A DNA stretch of 64,000 nucleotides from Candidatus Bathyarchaeia archaeon (GCA_050015395.1 JBEKBM010000003.1:73455-137454); one strand, 5' to 3'. Shown: positions 47,478-58,394, counted from the first letter of the stretch. Made by a program: numbers and translations. The notes: generated by a model not told the origin, from the sequence alone.

Positions 47478-48251
47478 ATGCCCAGATTTAGAGCCTTTGA
47501 TGTTGCCATCATTGCCTTATGTGCGGCCGTGTATGCAGTTATTGGTTACCTTACAAGTTTCGGTTTAAGCTTTGGCGGAGTTGCTTTTTGGCCTGCGGCA
47601 TTTGTGCCTGCTATTTTCGCTGTTTTGTTTGGACCTTGGGAAGGCGGCATTGGAGCTGCGATCGGAATATTCATCCGAGACATTATAGTTATTGGACAGC
47701 CTTTACTGAGTTTAACCGTGGGAGTTCCTGCAAATTTTGTGGCGTTTTTCCTGATAGGCTATTTTGCGCACACAAAGCTTGACAGAAAGAAAACTTTGCT
47801 CAGCTTAATCATCGGTATTGGGGTTATTCTTGCGGGCCTTTTGTTGCCAACCGTGTTTCTTTCAAGTTTATCTGCGGGTTATACCGGATTGTCAACCGAA
47901 ACCGTCGTTATCCTTTTCAGTGTCGTCATGGCGGTATCCTTAATTCTGTTTGTAGCTATCGCAAAATATTGGAAGGAATTCAGAAGTTTTGGGGTAGGCT
48001 CAATTACTGGAATGGCGGTCGGTGCTATGATAATAGCATTTGGGGTTTGGGCGTATAGTCAACTGCTCTATGCGCCACATGGGTATTTTACAGCGCCGTT
48101 ATCAGCGTCTTTGGCGTCGCTTGTCTTCGTTTGGACGTTCGTAACTGAAATACCCTTTGTGCTTCTGGTCTCGCCTCCCGTTATAAAAGCGTGTCAAGCC
48201 GCATTCCCATTTATTAGACAACGCCAAGAAACCAAAGAGAAGGCGAAATAA
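47478..48251 (+). CDS. ECF S-component-like membrane protein (possible pantoate/pantothenate uptake)
   Basis: ALCAAVYAV, FWPAAFVPAIFAVLFGPW.GGIGAAIG; first gene of the operon with PoK and PPAT; substrate inferred from context. Confidence 0.75.
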   Translation: MPRFRAFDVAIIALCAAVYAVIGYLTSFGLSFGGVAFWPAAFVPAIFAVLFGPWEGGIGAAIGIFIRDIIVIGQPLLSLTVGVPANFVAFFLIGYFAHTKLDRKKTLLSLIIGIGVILAGLLLPTVFLSSLSAGYTGLSTETVVILFSVVMAVSLILFVAIAKYWKEFRSFGVGSITGMAVGAMIIAFGVWAYSQLLYAPHGYFTAPLSASLASLVFVWTFVTEIPFVLLVSPPVIKACQAAFPFIRQRQETKEKAK

Positions 48252-49205
48252 TTGTCTCTAAAAACCGCAAAAGCTTTTGCTCCAGCGGCAATTTCCAGCT
48301 TCTTTGAAATCCACGACACCGAAGGCAATAAGCCGATTATTGATTTGGAAAAAGTGGGCGCCAGAGGCGGAGGATTTGGCCTTCAAAAAGGCGTCCTGAC
48401 CAAAGTAACCATCAGAGAAGCAGATAAAAGCAGTAGCATCAATGTTTTCATCAACTCCAAGCCTGCCTTAGAAGCAAAAACAACAAGGAAAGTAATCGAA
48501 ATTCTTCTGCGCGAAAAAAACGCAAAATACGATGTTACAGTTGAACATCAAATTGAAGTTCCTATCGGAACAGGGTTTGGAACAAGCGCAGGCGGAGCAT
48601 TAACAACAGGGTTAGCGCTTAAAGAAGCACTAGATTTACCACTAACCTACAACCAAATAGGCAAAATCGCGCATGTTGCAGAGATCGAATGCCAAACAGG
48701 CTTAGGTACAGTAAGCTCCTTAACATTCACTGGCGGCTGCGTACTAGTTGTGGAACCAGGAGCGCCAGGTATTTGCCAAATCGACCGCATACCAATAACA
48801 TCCGACTACATGGTTGTAGCAGGATTTTTCAAATCAAACATCCCCAAAAAAACAGTACTCACAGACCCTGAAAAAAAGCAGGTGATTAACCGCTACGGCA
48901 AGAAAACCTTAGAGGCAATTCTTGCTGAGCCCAGCTTAGAGAATTTTCTAGATTGCTGCTGGAAGTTTTCTGAAAAAACAGGCTTAGCAACAGAGAACGT
49001 TCGACAACTAGTTAAATTGGCAAAGAAGGCTGGTGCAGTCGGTGCAGCGCAAAACATGATCGGCGAAGCAGTGCACGCGTTGGTGCTTAAAGAAAATGCT
49101 AATCAGGTGGCAGAAGCTTTTAAGCAGGTTTTGCCCTCTGAAAAAATAATAGTGAGCAAAATTGATTTTCAAGGCGCTAGGCTGGTAGGGCATGAAAAAA
49201 TATGA
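48252..49205 (+). CDS. Pantoate kinase (GHMP family)
   Basis: AFAPAAISSFF, VPIGTGFGTSAGG, AHVAEI..TGLGTV, QNMIGEAV. Confidence 0.88.
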   Translation: MSLKTAKAFAPAAISSFFEIHDTEGNKPIIDLEKVGARGGGFGLQKGVLTKVTIREADKSSSINVFINSKPALEAKTTRKVIEILLREKNAKYDVTVEHQIEVPIGTGFGTSAGGALTTGLALKEALDLPLTYNQIGKIAHVAEIECQTGLGTVSSLTFTGGCVLVVEPGAPGICQIDRIPITSDYMVVAGFFKSNIPKKTVLTDPEKKQVINRYGKKTLEAILAEPSLENFLDCCWKFSEKTGLATENVRQLVKLAKKAGAVGAAQNMIGEAVHALVLKENANQVAEAFKQVLPSEKIIVSKIDFQGARLVGHEKI

Positions 49206-49677
49206 GAAAGTAGCAGTTGGCGGAACATTTGACAAACTTCATAGAGGACACAAAGCCCTACTAAGTAAAGCTTTTGAAATTGGCGAAAAAGTTGTAATCG
49301 GTTTATCCTCCGACGAATTTGCCTCAAAAATGGGTAAACCGCACAAAACTGCATCTTACGCCAAGAGGCTAAAGGAATTAGAAGCTTTCTTGGAAAAAAA
49401 TGGCTTAGCTAAAAGAGCGGAAATAGTTCCACTAAATGATCCTTATGGTCTCACTATATCTGGCAAGGACTTAGACGCTTTGGTTGTTAGTAAAGAAACA
49501 GAATCGATAACTGATAAAATAAACAAAATCCGAGTTGAAGCAGGGCTTCCACCATTAAAAATTATATCAATAAGCATGGTTCCAGCGGAAAACTGCAACC
49601 CAATCTCCACCACACGGATTAGAAGCGGAGAAATCGACCGAAACGGTCACTTGCTCAGGAGCACACAAAAAAAGTAA
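49192..49677 (+). CDS. coaD: Phosphopantetheine adenylyltransferase (archaeal/eukaryotic type)
   Basis: VGGTFDKLHRGH, DPYG, LVVSKET, ISTTRIR. Confidence 0.92.
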   Translation: MKKYEKVAVGGTFDKLHRGHKALLSKAFEIGEKVVIGLSSDEFASKMGKPHKTASYAKRLKELEAFLEKNGLAKRAEIVPLNDPYGLTISGKDLDALVVSKETESITDKINKIRVEAGLPPLKIISISMVPAENCNPISTTRIRSGEIDRNGHLLRSTQKK

Positions 49678-49688
49678 TTGCTTACTTG

Positions 49689-50618
49689 CTATAATATTTC
49701 TCCTACAACATTAATTGGTTTACTAATTAACGACGTTAAATCCTCAAGGTTCTCTTTGCCCACAGTTACCAGAACAACCGTGGCTGGACCAGCAGACTTG
49801 TTCAAATCCAACCCTTTCACCTCAGCAAGCTTCAATTGCCTACCAACGCCATACGCCATCATCCTAGCCGCATCTGCAATGCCGAAAGTGCCTACAGCTA
49901 CAATGTCATGGACATATTTTTTCTGAGAAAGTTGAGTTACATTTTTGAGGTCAGCAATTTCTCCTTTAGCTTCTGCCAAAATCACTTCATCACCAACCTT
50001 AGGCTTGCCAACGGCAACTATTAAGTCGCCAGGGCTTGTTTTTCCAAGCCTTAACTCGTCTTCGTTTGCAAAACCAATTACCGTTAAGCCAGCGCCAGTT
50101 TGCACTGTTTCAAAGTTGTCCTCCGTATTTTCCATGATTACCTGGTTTGGGTCAAGACCGAGGGTTCTGGCTTCTCGTCGAATGCCTTCTAATATCTCGT
50201 TGCCTGTTGGTTCCTTCTCTACGCCTAACGTGACTGATAAGAGAAGAGGAAACGCGCCTGTCGCTATCACATCCATTAAGGCAACCCTTGCCAGAAACTT
50301 TCCCAACACACGCCCATCAACTTTGACTTTATCCATTATTTTTGGACCAACCGCTCCGGACGAGGTTGAACCTGCCACTATAGCGTGGCCTGTGGGTACT
50401 TTCAGGATTGAAACGTCTCCTCTTCGTGTATAAGTTATCTGTGCAGGCTTCACTTGAAAAACTATGGGACGCAACATTGTGCCAACGTTCTCTACAAGAT
50501 GCAAGTAAACAGTTAATGCTTGGCGCATGACCTCTGATCGGCTGAGACTGTGCTTTTTAGCCAGTTTATCTATGTCTGAAACAACTTTATCGGGTAAGCG
50601 AACATTTACGATATCCAT
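49689..50618 (-). CDS. RHH domain fused to an alpha-ribazole kinase (CblS)-like PurM-fold domain
   Basis: N-terminal IVNVRLPDKVVSDIDKLAKKHSLSRSEVMRQAL; then SSGAVGPK..D.VKV, ARVALMDV..GA.P, TEDNF.TVQTG.G.TVIG, LNKSAGPAT. Confidence 0.8.
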   Translation of the reverse strand: MDIVNVRLPDKVVSDIDKLAKKHSLSRSEVMRQALTVYLHLVENVGTMLRPIVFQVKPAQITYTRRGDVSILKVPTGHAIVAGSTSSGAVGPKIMDKVKVDGRVLGKFLARVALMDVIATGAFPLLLSVTLGVEKEPTGNEILEGIRREARTLGLDPNQVIMENTEDNFETVQTGAGLTVIGFANEDELRLGKTSPGDLIVAVGKPKVGDEVILAEAKGEIADLKNVTQLSQKKYVHDIVAVGTFGIADAARMMAYGVGRQLKLAEVKGLDLNKSAGPATVVLVTVGKENLEDLTSLISKPINVVGEIL

Positions 50619-50819
50619 CTTTTAACCTCCTGTATTACAATAGTTACGCAGTTAATCTTATTTTTTACCATGGAAGAGACCAATTCCAGCTATAAGTGGC
50701 ATCTGCATTGAGTCGTATGATTAATTAAGTATAACTAATTCTAAAAAAAATTTTGTTTTAAGGAATTTAGCGCAAATGTTATATGCATCATATGATATCA
50801 AAAATTGAGGAATAAAGAA

Positions 50820-51773
50820 TTGAACAAGAAAATACTCACTTTAAGTCTCATTTTAATATTAGCAATAATGTGCATATCTTCAATGGCAATATTCACTGTT
50901 AAGGCTCAAGCGAGTAGCGGCTGGATAACCAGCTACCAAGTCTATGATTACAACACAAAGCAACTTCTTATCTCATACGATTCTACCACAGGCCAATTCG
51001 AAAACCTCTCCACTGTGTTGCCTAACCAAGCCATTTACGTAACATTCACGGTCAACGTTTTCACGGCAGGCTCAGGCGATCTTACCCTTCAAACCAGTAT
51101 GCAAAGGCTTCTATCAGGCGAAATTTGGGCTCTCAACACTCAAAACTACACTTTAGGCTCTGAATTCAATCCTAACGCAAACCCAGCACAGTTCACTTGG
51201 CTCCAAGGAACTTTCAGTATGACGGTTTACGGCACAGTGCCAAATGAAGGCTCTCAGGGGCAAGTGTCAGTTAACCTTGTTTCTCTGCTGGGTCCATCCG
51301 GCAGCACTCTTCAGCAAATAACAGTATCAGCAACCAGCTCAGCGATGGCAACCTTCGAAACACTTTACAACAACAAAGAGGCGAATCTGAAATCGCTTAT
51401 TTCCTCTGGAGTTGATTCCGGATACACCTCTCTGTTAAGTACCATTTTGACCCAAGCCCAAGCAGAAGCTGCCGCGGGAGACACCACTGGTGCAACCAAC
51501 CTACTTAACGCGATCAACACCTCCAATGCGCCCGCAGGCGCCACCATGCAAGCATTGTTCCTTCCGCTTATCGTTGTCGTAGCGGTTGTAGCGGTTGTGT
51601 TCGCGTTTATGTTCATGAGAATAAGAGGCAGAGTCAGCTATATGCAGCTCGTCGTTGAAGACCAAATCAAGGACTTAGAAGGCTTAACGTTGAGAGCTTC
51701 AAAGATTGATAGAACAATGTCGTCAAATTTGGAGTCGGTTAAGGATAGACTGAAAAGATTAGTCGGGATGTGA
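50820..51773 (+). CDS. Single-pass membrane protein: signal peptide, S/T/Q-rich extracellular domain, TM, cytoplasmic coiled coil
   Basis: N-terminal hydrophobic signal ending VKA; TM LFLPLIVVVAVVAVVFAFMFM; tail DQIKDLEGL...LESVKDRLKRL; stop overlaps GTG 51770. Confidence 0.8.
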   Translation: MNKKILTLSLILILAIMCISSMAIFTVKAQASSGWITSYQVYDYNTKQLLISYDSTTGQFENLSTVLPNQAIYVTFTVNVFTAGSGDLTLQTSMQRLLSGEIWALNTQNYTLGSEFNPNANPAQFTWLQGTFSMTVYGTVPNEGSQGQVSVNLVSLLGPSGSTLQQITVSATSSAMATFETLYNNKEANLKSLISSGVDSGYTSLLSTILTQAQAEAAAGDTTGATNLLNAINTSNAPAGATMQALFLPLIVVVAVVAVVFAFMFMRIRGRVSYMQLVVEDQIKDLEGLTLRASKIDRTMSSNLESVKDRLKRLVGM

Positions 51774-54467
51774 TAACCTACGAGAATCTACCAAAACAGT
51801 GTACAATTGATAGGGCTCGGTTCGGCTGGAACTAACATTGTAGAAACTTTTTTATCAAGCCAAAAAACTAAGGAGCTGATGGAGAATGACCTTACAAGGC
51901 TTTCTCTTTTAGCAATCGACATCGCTGACCCTGAAATCAGAAGTTTACAGGAAACCAATGAACAAATACAGAAGTCGATGGTAAAGGCAGGTATCCCAAG
52001 CGAAAGAATGCGCCTGATCGCCCAGTCAGTAAAATTCCCAACTGCCGAGGCAATGTTTGATTTCATCAACCAAAAATACAACGAATACCTTGTAGGCGAA
52101 GGGGCAAAACTTAAAAACTTTATTCCTTGGCTACAATCAACAATGGCTATTCCACCGATGGCTGGCGGCGCAGGCAGAAGAAGAGCCTTAGCAAAAGCAA
52201 TCTACGCCCTAAACTATTATCAACTTGGAATAATCAAAAACTGCATAAACTCATTCAAAGAGCAAGCCCTTTCATCAATAATTACGCCGACAGTGGTTTT
52301 GATTTATGGATTAGGCGGTGGCACGGGAAGCGGTATATTCTTTGATTTCGCTAGGCACTTGCGAAAAGTTTTAGGCTCCGGTGTACCGATCATAGCCTTT
52401 GTTATAACTCCTTGTGGTGGAGATGATCCGCCGGCAAAAGGATGCTCCGCATTTGTGTCAATGAATGAGCTTTCGCTGTTGTTGAATAAGGATTACAATG
52501 ACTTTGTCATCCAAACCTACGGTGAATACTATAGAAATCCTTTGAATGCTCTAATCTACTTGCCACTATTACCTGCTTTCTCAAAAGTAGGCAACATTGT
52601 TAATGCCCGAAAAGAACTGGACGACATGGTTGTGGACATGCTTTACACCTTAATGGACTTTGACTTGGCAGACCTTCTAGGTGGAATCGGCACAGAAGTC
52701 GGACTCACCACCAATTCAGCGCACACGTTGGGTATGGTTAAGGTAGTCTATCCTGTTGAAGAATACATCTCAGCTTATAAGTTGAATTTCGAAGGACTTG
52801 AACTTCTACAGGAGCTGAGAAAAGAAAAACTAGATGTCCTCGATGAAATCGGCAACATCGTAAATGTGGATTATGAAGTAACAAGGGACCTTTTCAAGAA
52901 TTATCTTGTAAAAACAGGCACTTTTAACGAAGAGCAGTTCGAGGAAAAACTTGCGACAATCATTAACAGCAATCCACGGCTTGAAGATGACTTAGAATTA
53001 CATGTTAAAAGCATCGAAATACAGGTTAAAAACTGGTTAAGCGAAATCATGAAGTTCCTGTCAACCATAAAGTTAATGGGAAAAACAGGGCCAATCGAAG
53101 ACGCCATAATAAACCTAACATTGCGCAAAGATGGCTCAAGAAAATTAGATAATATAGAAGCCTTACTTACCACCCTAACAAAAACACATTTAGAATTCTC
53201 TGAAAGAAAGGCAATTATTTTAGATCGGCTTAAACAGTTGATTCCTAGCTCGCAAGTCTTTACCTTAAGGCAAAAGAAGATTTTGGAGGATTTAGTAAAT
53301 CTAGCAGAGCTTGCTGAAAAATCCCTCAACATCCTGAAATTCTATGACGCAACAAGATACCTAACTGACGCTTTAATAAGGTACTATGAGGTGCTTCCAG
53401 AAAGCCAACGCGAACTAGAAGACTTAAAAGACATTCAATCAGAACTGGCAACAATCTACCTTGTAGTTCAGATGATTCTTAGAACGCCACAAGACGAGTC
53501 AAGAATGATCGATGAACACTTAACATACATTAACGAAATAATGGCAAACCGCATGCAAAAAAGGGGCAATTTCGAAAACGAAGTCATGAGAGTGCAAGAG
53601 ACAAAGAAACGAAAAGAATTTGATAAGTCAAGATTGGAGATGCAGCTAAGAAAACTTTTCAACACAAAACGTTATGCTAGAGAACAGCTTTTGGAGCTTG
53701 AGCGGGACCTGAAGAGGATAGAGGAAGAAGAATCTTATGCGCTTGATAACCTGAACAAAGTTGACAGCACAATTAAACTTTACGAAAAATTAGCAAGGAG
53801 ATTTGAACTTACGGCTGATTACCGGAAGAGACTAAATAAGATCGTAGATTTACACAGGGAATATAAAGAAAAGATTGCTGACATTGTCGCGCCTAAGAAA
53901 TACTATGTGAAGTCAGCTGACCTCACTGAAAGCGAACAACTTAAGATAATCTTCAAGATACTCACTGAACAGGAAGAGAGCCTTACAACTGACGTAATAT
54001 TCAAAGACATACTTGACAAGGACCACTTTAAGGATTACATGAAAAGTGTAATTAGGACTTTCAAAACGCCAAGCGTCATGGGCTATAAACCAGTTTACAA
54101 AACAGATTACCTTTGGGTTACCGTACAAGCACCTCCAAGCCTGTGGACAGAAGAAATGTCTCAAGAGATTTACGTTGCATTAGCAGGCTACGTTACCAGC
54201 GAAGTGTCAAGAACAATTACCGTTCGTGTAATTGACTCTCGTGATCCATGGGAAACAAGAGTACTGGTTCTAGGCGGTAGAGGAAAACCTGAAGACATGG
54301 AAGCCTACGACGAAATGCAACTACTTTACAACAAATCTAGTGATTTCGAAAGGCACCTATCCAGATCTTACCTGCTTGAGCACGGAGTTTCCGCTACCGA
54401 AATCATTAAAGAAATAAATAACAACAGCAATCACAGCAACAGCAATAGCGATCAAAACAAAAAGTAA
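51770..54467 (+). CDS. Tubulin/FtsZ-superfamily GTPase with ~430-aa helical insertion (track ORF 51807; true start probably GTG 51770 with an extra A at 51793-51796)
   Basis: T1 LIGLGSAGTNIV, LAIDI, GAGRRRA, signature GLGGGTGSG, T7-like DFDLAD, distal YLWVTVQAP...TRVLVLGG resembling the tubulin/FtsZ C-domain. Confidence 0.88.
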
Positions 54468-54482
54468 ACTTTAGGAAGGAGT

Positions 54483-55628
54483 TTACTGCTCCTTCTGCTC
54501 TTCCAAATTTTTCATTATGGTCTGCCAGTCTTCCTCTTTTATGAAACCTTTTTCAACCGCGCGACTTTTCATGTTCTTAACTTTCTTATCTAAGTCAGTG
54601 AACATTTTGGCGGTGTCAAAACCGCCGACGAACAAGATTAAGTCTATTCGGTCGCTTGTGTCTTCAACGTAGATAGGCTCGGTTATGTATATGGATTTGA
54701 GGTTAGCTTTTTCCTTAAACCAGCCTGCTATTGCTAACTCGATTTTTCCTCTCGGAAGCTTATCTTTGAGGCTTGTAGGCATGCGGAGAAGAACGTAAAG
54801 TAGTGAAGCACTTGATAAATCAAAGGTTAAAAGGGGCTTAAGCAACATTGCGTTTAACATGTTTTCTAAGGAACCGTAAATTTTGATGCTTGCACCTGTC
54901 GCTAATAGAACAGAGTACATTTTGACGTTGAATGTTCTAGATAACTCTGATATTTCTTGGACAAGTGTTTCCTTAGCTAGCAACAGGTTTACCAGGTAAT
55001 TGGCAACCATGTTACCTTTTATAAGGGAGCCATTTCTATCGACTCCTTCATAGTTTTCAAGCAAGTCTCTGTCTAAAAGCACAACTGTTGCGGCATCAAT
55101 AGACGCACACATTCCCAATGATGCAAGCATGTTAAAGTACGCGTCTGCAAGCTGTATTTTTGAAGGCAATATGGCTATGGATAATGAATTTATGTTTGAG
55201 GCCTTGAGTTTCGATATCAGGGTCGGTAAAGAAGCGCTGCCGATACCATCCCATATTGATGCCAACATTATTGCGCTATGCAGTTTTTCGATGGGTTTTT
55301 TCTTTAAACCTTCAATTAACGTTTCGTCCTGTGAAACAAAGGGTAATACATTATACCAGAAGTGAGTATCAATGTTTGCGTCTTCGAAGCCTAAAACAAG
55401 ATACGGGTCAAATCCCTCTGGAATCCATTTGAAGATGTCATCACTCGATTTTCCGAGGAGAATCGGCAACATTTGGTCAGTCTTATTAACATAAGGTTTT
55501 TTTAACAATATCTTAATGGGATATTCGCCAATGCAAACCAAGGCTTGCTTGGGTAGCAATGGTTTTAAAGTTTCTATGTGTTTCTTAACGCTTTCCAAAA
55601 CATCAAAAGCGCTTTTTTCATCTGTCAT
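54483..55628 (-). CDS. Degenerate CetZ/tubulin-like protein, probably GTPase-dead
   Basis: Collinear with CetZ: VCIGEYPIKI (T1), ASIWDGIGSASLP (signature), AILPS..., FNMLASL, VVLLDRD, KPLLTFDLSSASLLYVLLRMP, IDLILFVGG. Confidence 0.7.
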   Translation of the reverse strand: MTDEKSAFDVLESVKKHIETLKPLLPKQALVCIGEYPIKILLKKPYVNKTDQMLPILLGKSSDDIFKWIPEGFDPYLVLGFEDANIDTHFWYNVLPFVSQDETLIEGLKKKPIEKLHSAIMLASIWDGIGSASLPTLISKLKASNINSLSIAILPSKIQLADAYFNMLASLGMCASIDAATVVLLDRDLLENYEGVDRNGSLIKGNMVANYLVNLLLAKETLVQEISELSRTFNVKMYSVLLATGASIKIYGSLENMLNAMLLKPLLTFDLSSASLLYVLLRMPTSLKDKLPRGKIELAIAGWFKEKANLKSIYITEPIYVEDTSDRIDLILFVGGFDTAKMFTDLDKKVKNMKSRAVEKGFIKEEDWQTIMKNLEEQKEQ

Positions 55629-55688
55629 TAGAGGTACCTACATAACCTTTAAGAAGAGTTAGTTAAAATAAGGTTTTAGGTATACCGT

Positions 55689-58085
55689 TTGAATAAAGCA
55701 TCCAAGTTTCCTAGTATTAGCTCATGGTACAATGAAAGCAAGCAAAAAAGAAAACAAAAGAAAGAAGAACGTATTGCTGAGCCACAACTACTTAAGATAA
55801 TCACTTCTTCGGTAACGTTTGTTACTATGGCTATTGGATTATCTGTAATATCACTTTTTTCCCAACCCTTGCCAATTCTATTAGCTGTTCTGGTCGCGTT
55901 TGTCACTTTTAGAAGCCCAAGGATTGGAATGCCTATTGGAACTGGGCTTATCGGTTTTGGCATGATTTACCACTTGGCTGACTTGAATTTTATTTCCATG
56001 GTTGGTAGCATTGCTGTCCGTGAATACTTTATTATTATTTTGATGACCGTATTTGTCCTGCTTCCTATAATTTTTAACCATTACAAGGATGCTCTTGCTA
56101 TAGATTTAGGCATCCTTGCGGTTATGCTACTATTCTTTACTTCAACGTATTTTTTGGCCATTCCATTAATTTTGGTTTCAGCCGTGTTTTTCAAGAAAGG
56201 TGTTGCTCTCACAGTAGTTTATTATGCTTTGATCTCGGCGCCTTTTCAAATAGTTCAATATTTCGGGTATATCTCAACTATTGCTAGGTCTGATTGGTGG
56301 AATGCATCTGGGGCAAGTCCTCCTCTTTTTGTTCCTTTAAACTCTATTTTTCAACAGCTTAGTCTTTCAATGGGTCAATTTCGCTTGTATGATACATCTA
56401 TAGTTGTTAATGCTATTACTAGTCAGGTTACTTCTACTGCTGTTCCCAAGGGGCGCAGCATTGGGAATGCGTTAAGTCAGTATCTTGATTCTGCACCAGG
56501 CATTTTTCTTTTCATCATGATTGTTGTGGGGCTTGCTTTGGCACTTGTTTTCTTATCAAGTACACTCTTTAAAAAAGAGGGCATGTCGTATCTTGAAAAG
56601 TTTATTCCATGTTTCATTGCCACATGTGCCGCAGCCTTATTCTTTATTTTTGCGGGTGCACTTCAGGGTGCGTTGGCTTACACCGCTGATGTTAGCGCTG
56701 GAACAGTAGTGTTGGGTTCTTTGGCGACGCTTTTGTTTACGCTTCCTGTAGCCTTCATTGAATATACTCCTAAACAAACGACTACAACTCCAGAGATTAC
56801 TGATAAAACTAAAGCACTTATGGGTAAGTTGCAGGTTTTTGAGGGTCAATTGAATAACGTTAAAGAGAATATTCCTGTGGTTGTAAGTTCTCCGGAAGGA
56901 AAAATGTTAGTTATCAAAGATTCGCTTGAAGACACTTTGCATAAGTCTGAGCTGCGATTTTATGAAGAGTCAGATTTAAACAAGAAATTTGAGGAGTTAG
57001 AAAAGTTCGGAAGGGACATTGACGGTTTAGAGTCCGAGCTCGACACTATACTATCTGAATACCAGATTTTTGTTAGCTGTGAATTTTCTAACTGGATTGG
57101 AAAACTTAAAGACATCGGCTTAGAGGTGAAATCAACGGTGAACCCTGATTTTCAAAAAGCGATGCCGCTTGATGCAAGAATAGAAGCCATTAAACAAATC
57201 TTAGAAGGAGGAAGAGTTCTTGCCCAAGATGTTGTTCAGGTTGCTGAGCCAATTTATGGGATTATTAGACCTTTGTATGATCCGAGTCTTCCAGAGAAAA
57301 GCAGAGCAATAGAGTTTACCTTGCAAAAGCTTGAGCAAAAAGAGCCTCCATGGATTGCTATTGACGCATTGTATAGTTCGTTGAATAATTGGGAGAGACA
57401 ATATGGCGATGAAATATTGACATCAATGAAGTATCTTAAAAACTCCTTAACGCCAATTGCAGATTTGAACAGTGAAAACGAGGTTTTGCCGCCGATTTTC
57501 GGTGAGAACATGCCGAAAGTGCTGGATTACGCCAAAAAAGCTGAGGCAATGAAATTAACAGCAGAAAAGACGATTGAGAAAGACCAACTGAAAATTGTAG
57601 ATGTTATCGCATTGAAGGATGACATTCAATCTTTCCTCGGCATCGCCAAAGACGTGCTTTCAATGCTGTATACTGCATTGATTAGTGAGGAAGACTCGAT
57701 TGAGCGTTTACTGCCAACAAAAGATTATCTGTGGGAGAAAAACAGCACCTTGCGTGAACGCCTAAAGAAAGCAACCGAAACTCTCTCAAACCCATCAAAC
57801 TACAAGATTAACCAAATAATGGAAAACTTGCCCATTTACGTGTCTTACGTTGATGAGGCAGTACAGACATTGGCGGTCAATAATGAGCGGAAAGAGTTTC
57901 TGCTTAACTATCCAACGGCGGAAGCAGCCATCGAAGAACGATTAAAACAGAAGAAGCGTCTTTCACCGCAAGACCTTCCATTCCAAGCAAAGTTTGCAGG
58001 CGAATACCTAAGACTCTACTATACACAAAGATTCAGCGAATTCGCCTTCGACAAAGAAAACATGCAGCTGACCAAAAAAACCTGA
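55689..58085 (+). CDS. Multi-pass membrane protein with large cytoplasmic helical/coiled-coil domain
   Basis: About 8-9 hydrophobic segments in the first ~360 aa, then ~440 aa of charged helix; divergent from the dead tubulin gene (60-bp gap). Confidence 0.8.
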   Translation: MNKASKFPSISSWYNESKQKRKQKKEERIAEPQLLKIITSSVTFVTMAIGLSVISLFSQPLPILLAVLVAFVTFRSPRIGMPIGTGLIGFGMIYHLADLNFISMVGSIAVREYFIIILMTVFVLLPIIFNHYKDALAIDLGILAVMLLFFTSTYFLAIPLILVSAVFFKKGVALTVVYYALISAPFQIVQYFGYISTIARSDWWNASGASPPLFVPLNSIFQQLSLSMGQFRLYDTSIVVNAITSQVTSTAVPKGRSIGNALSQYLDSAPGIFLFIMIVVGLALALVFLSSTLFKKEGMSYLEKFIPCFIATCAAALFFIFAGALQGALAYTADVSAGTVVLGSLATLLFTLPVAFIEYTPKQTTTTPEITDKTKALMGKLQVFEGQLNNVKENIPVVVSSPEGKMLVIKDSLEDTLHKSELRFYEESDLNKKFEELEKFGRDIDGLESELDTILSEYQIFVSCEFSNWIGKLKDIGLEVKSTVNPDFQKAMPLDARIEAIKQILEGGRVLAQDVVQVAEPIYGIIRPLYDPSLPEKSRAIEFTLQKLEQKEPPWIAIDALYSSLNNWERQYGDEILTSMKYLKNSLTPIADLNSENEVLPPIFGENMPKVLDYAKKAEAMKLTAEKTIEKDQLKIVDVIALKDDIQSFLGIAKDVLSMLYTALISEEDSIERLLPTKDYLWEKNSTLRERLKKATETLSNPSNYKINQIMENLPIYVSYVDEAVQTLAVNNERKEFLLNYPTAEAAIEERLKQKKRLSPQDLPFQAKFAGEYLRLYYTQRFSEFAFDKENMQLTKKT

Positions 58086-58394
58086 CAAATCGAACTTGAG
58101 TGTTCTTTGTGACTCTGCCTCCTTAATCGGTTCTGGGGCATCTTTGCGTTTTTGTTTTCCGTGGTGTTAAGCGGTGAAAACGTGGAAGCCTTAACTTACA
58201 ATCTCTTGTAACAACTTGAAAGATAGCTTCGCAAACAAGTTTAGATTTCAAATATGGATTGTGATTTCATAAACCGTTTATCTATCTATATCTATCGTAG
58301 GTATACGCTGACATGGTATGTTAAATAAAGGTAAACTACTAAAGCTATTCGCTTCGATAGGCATTAAATACCAAATATTGGAGGTTTGGAAAAG

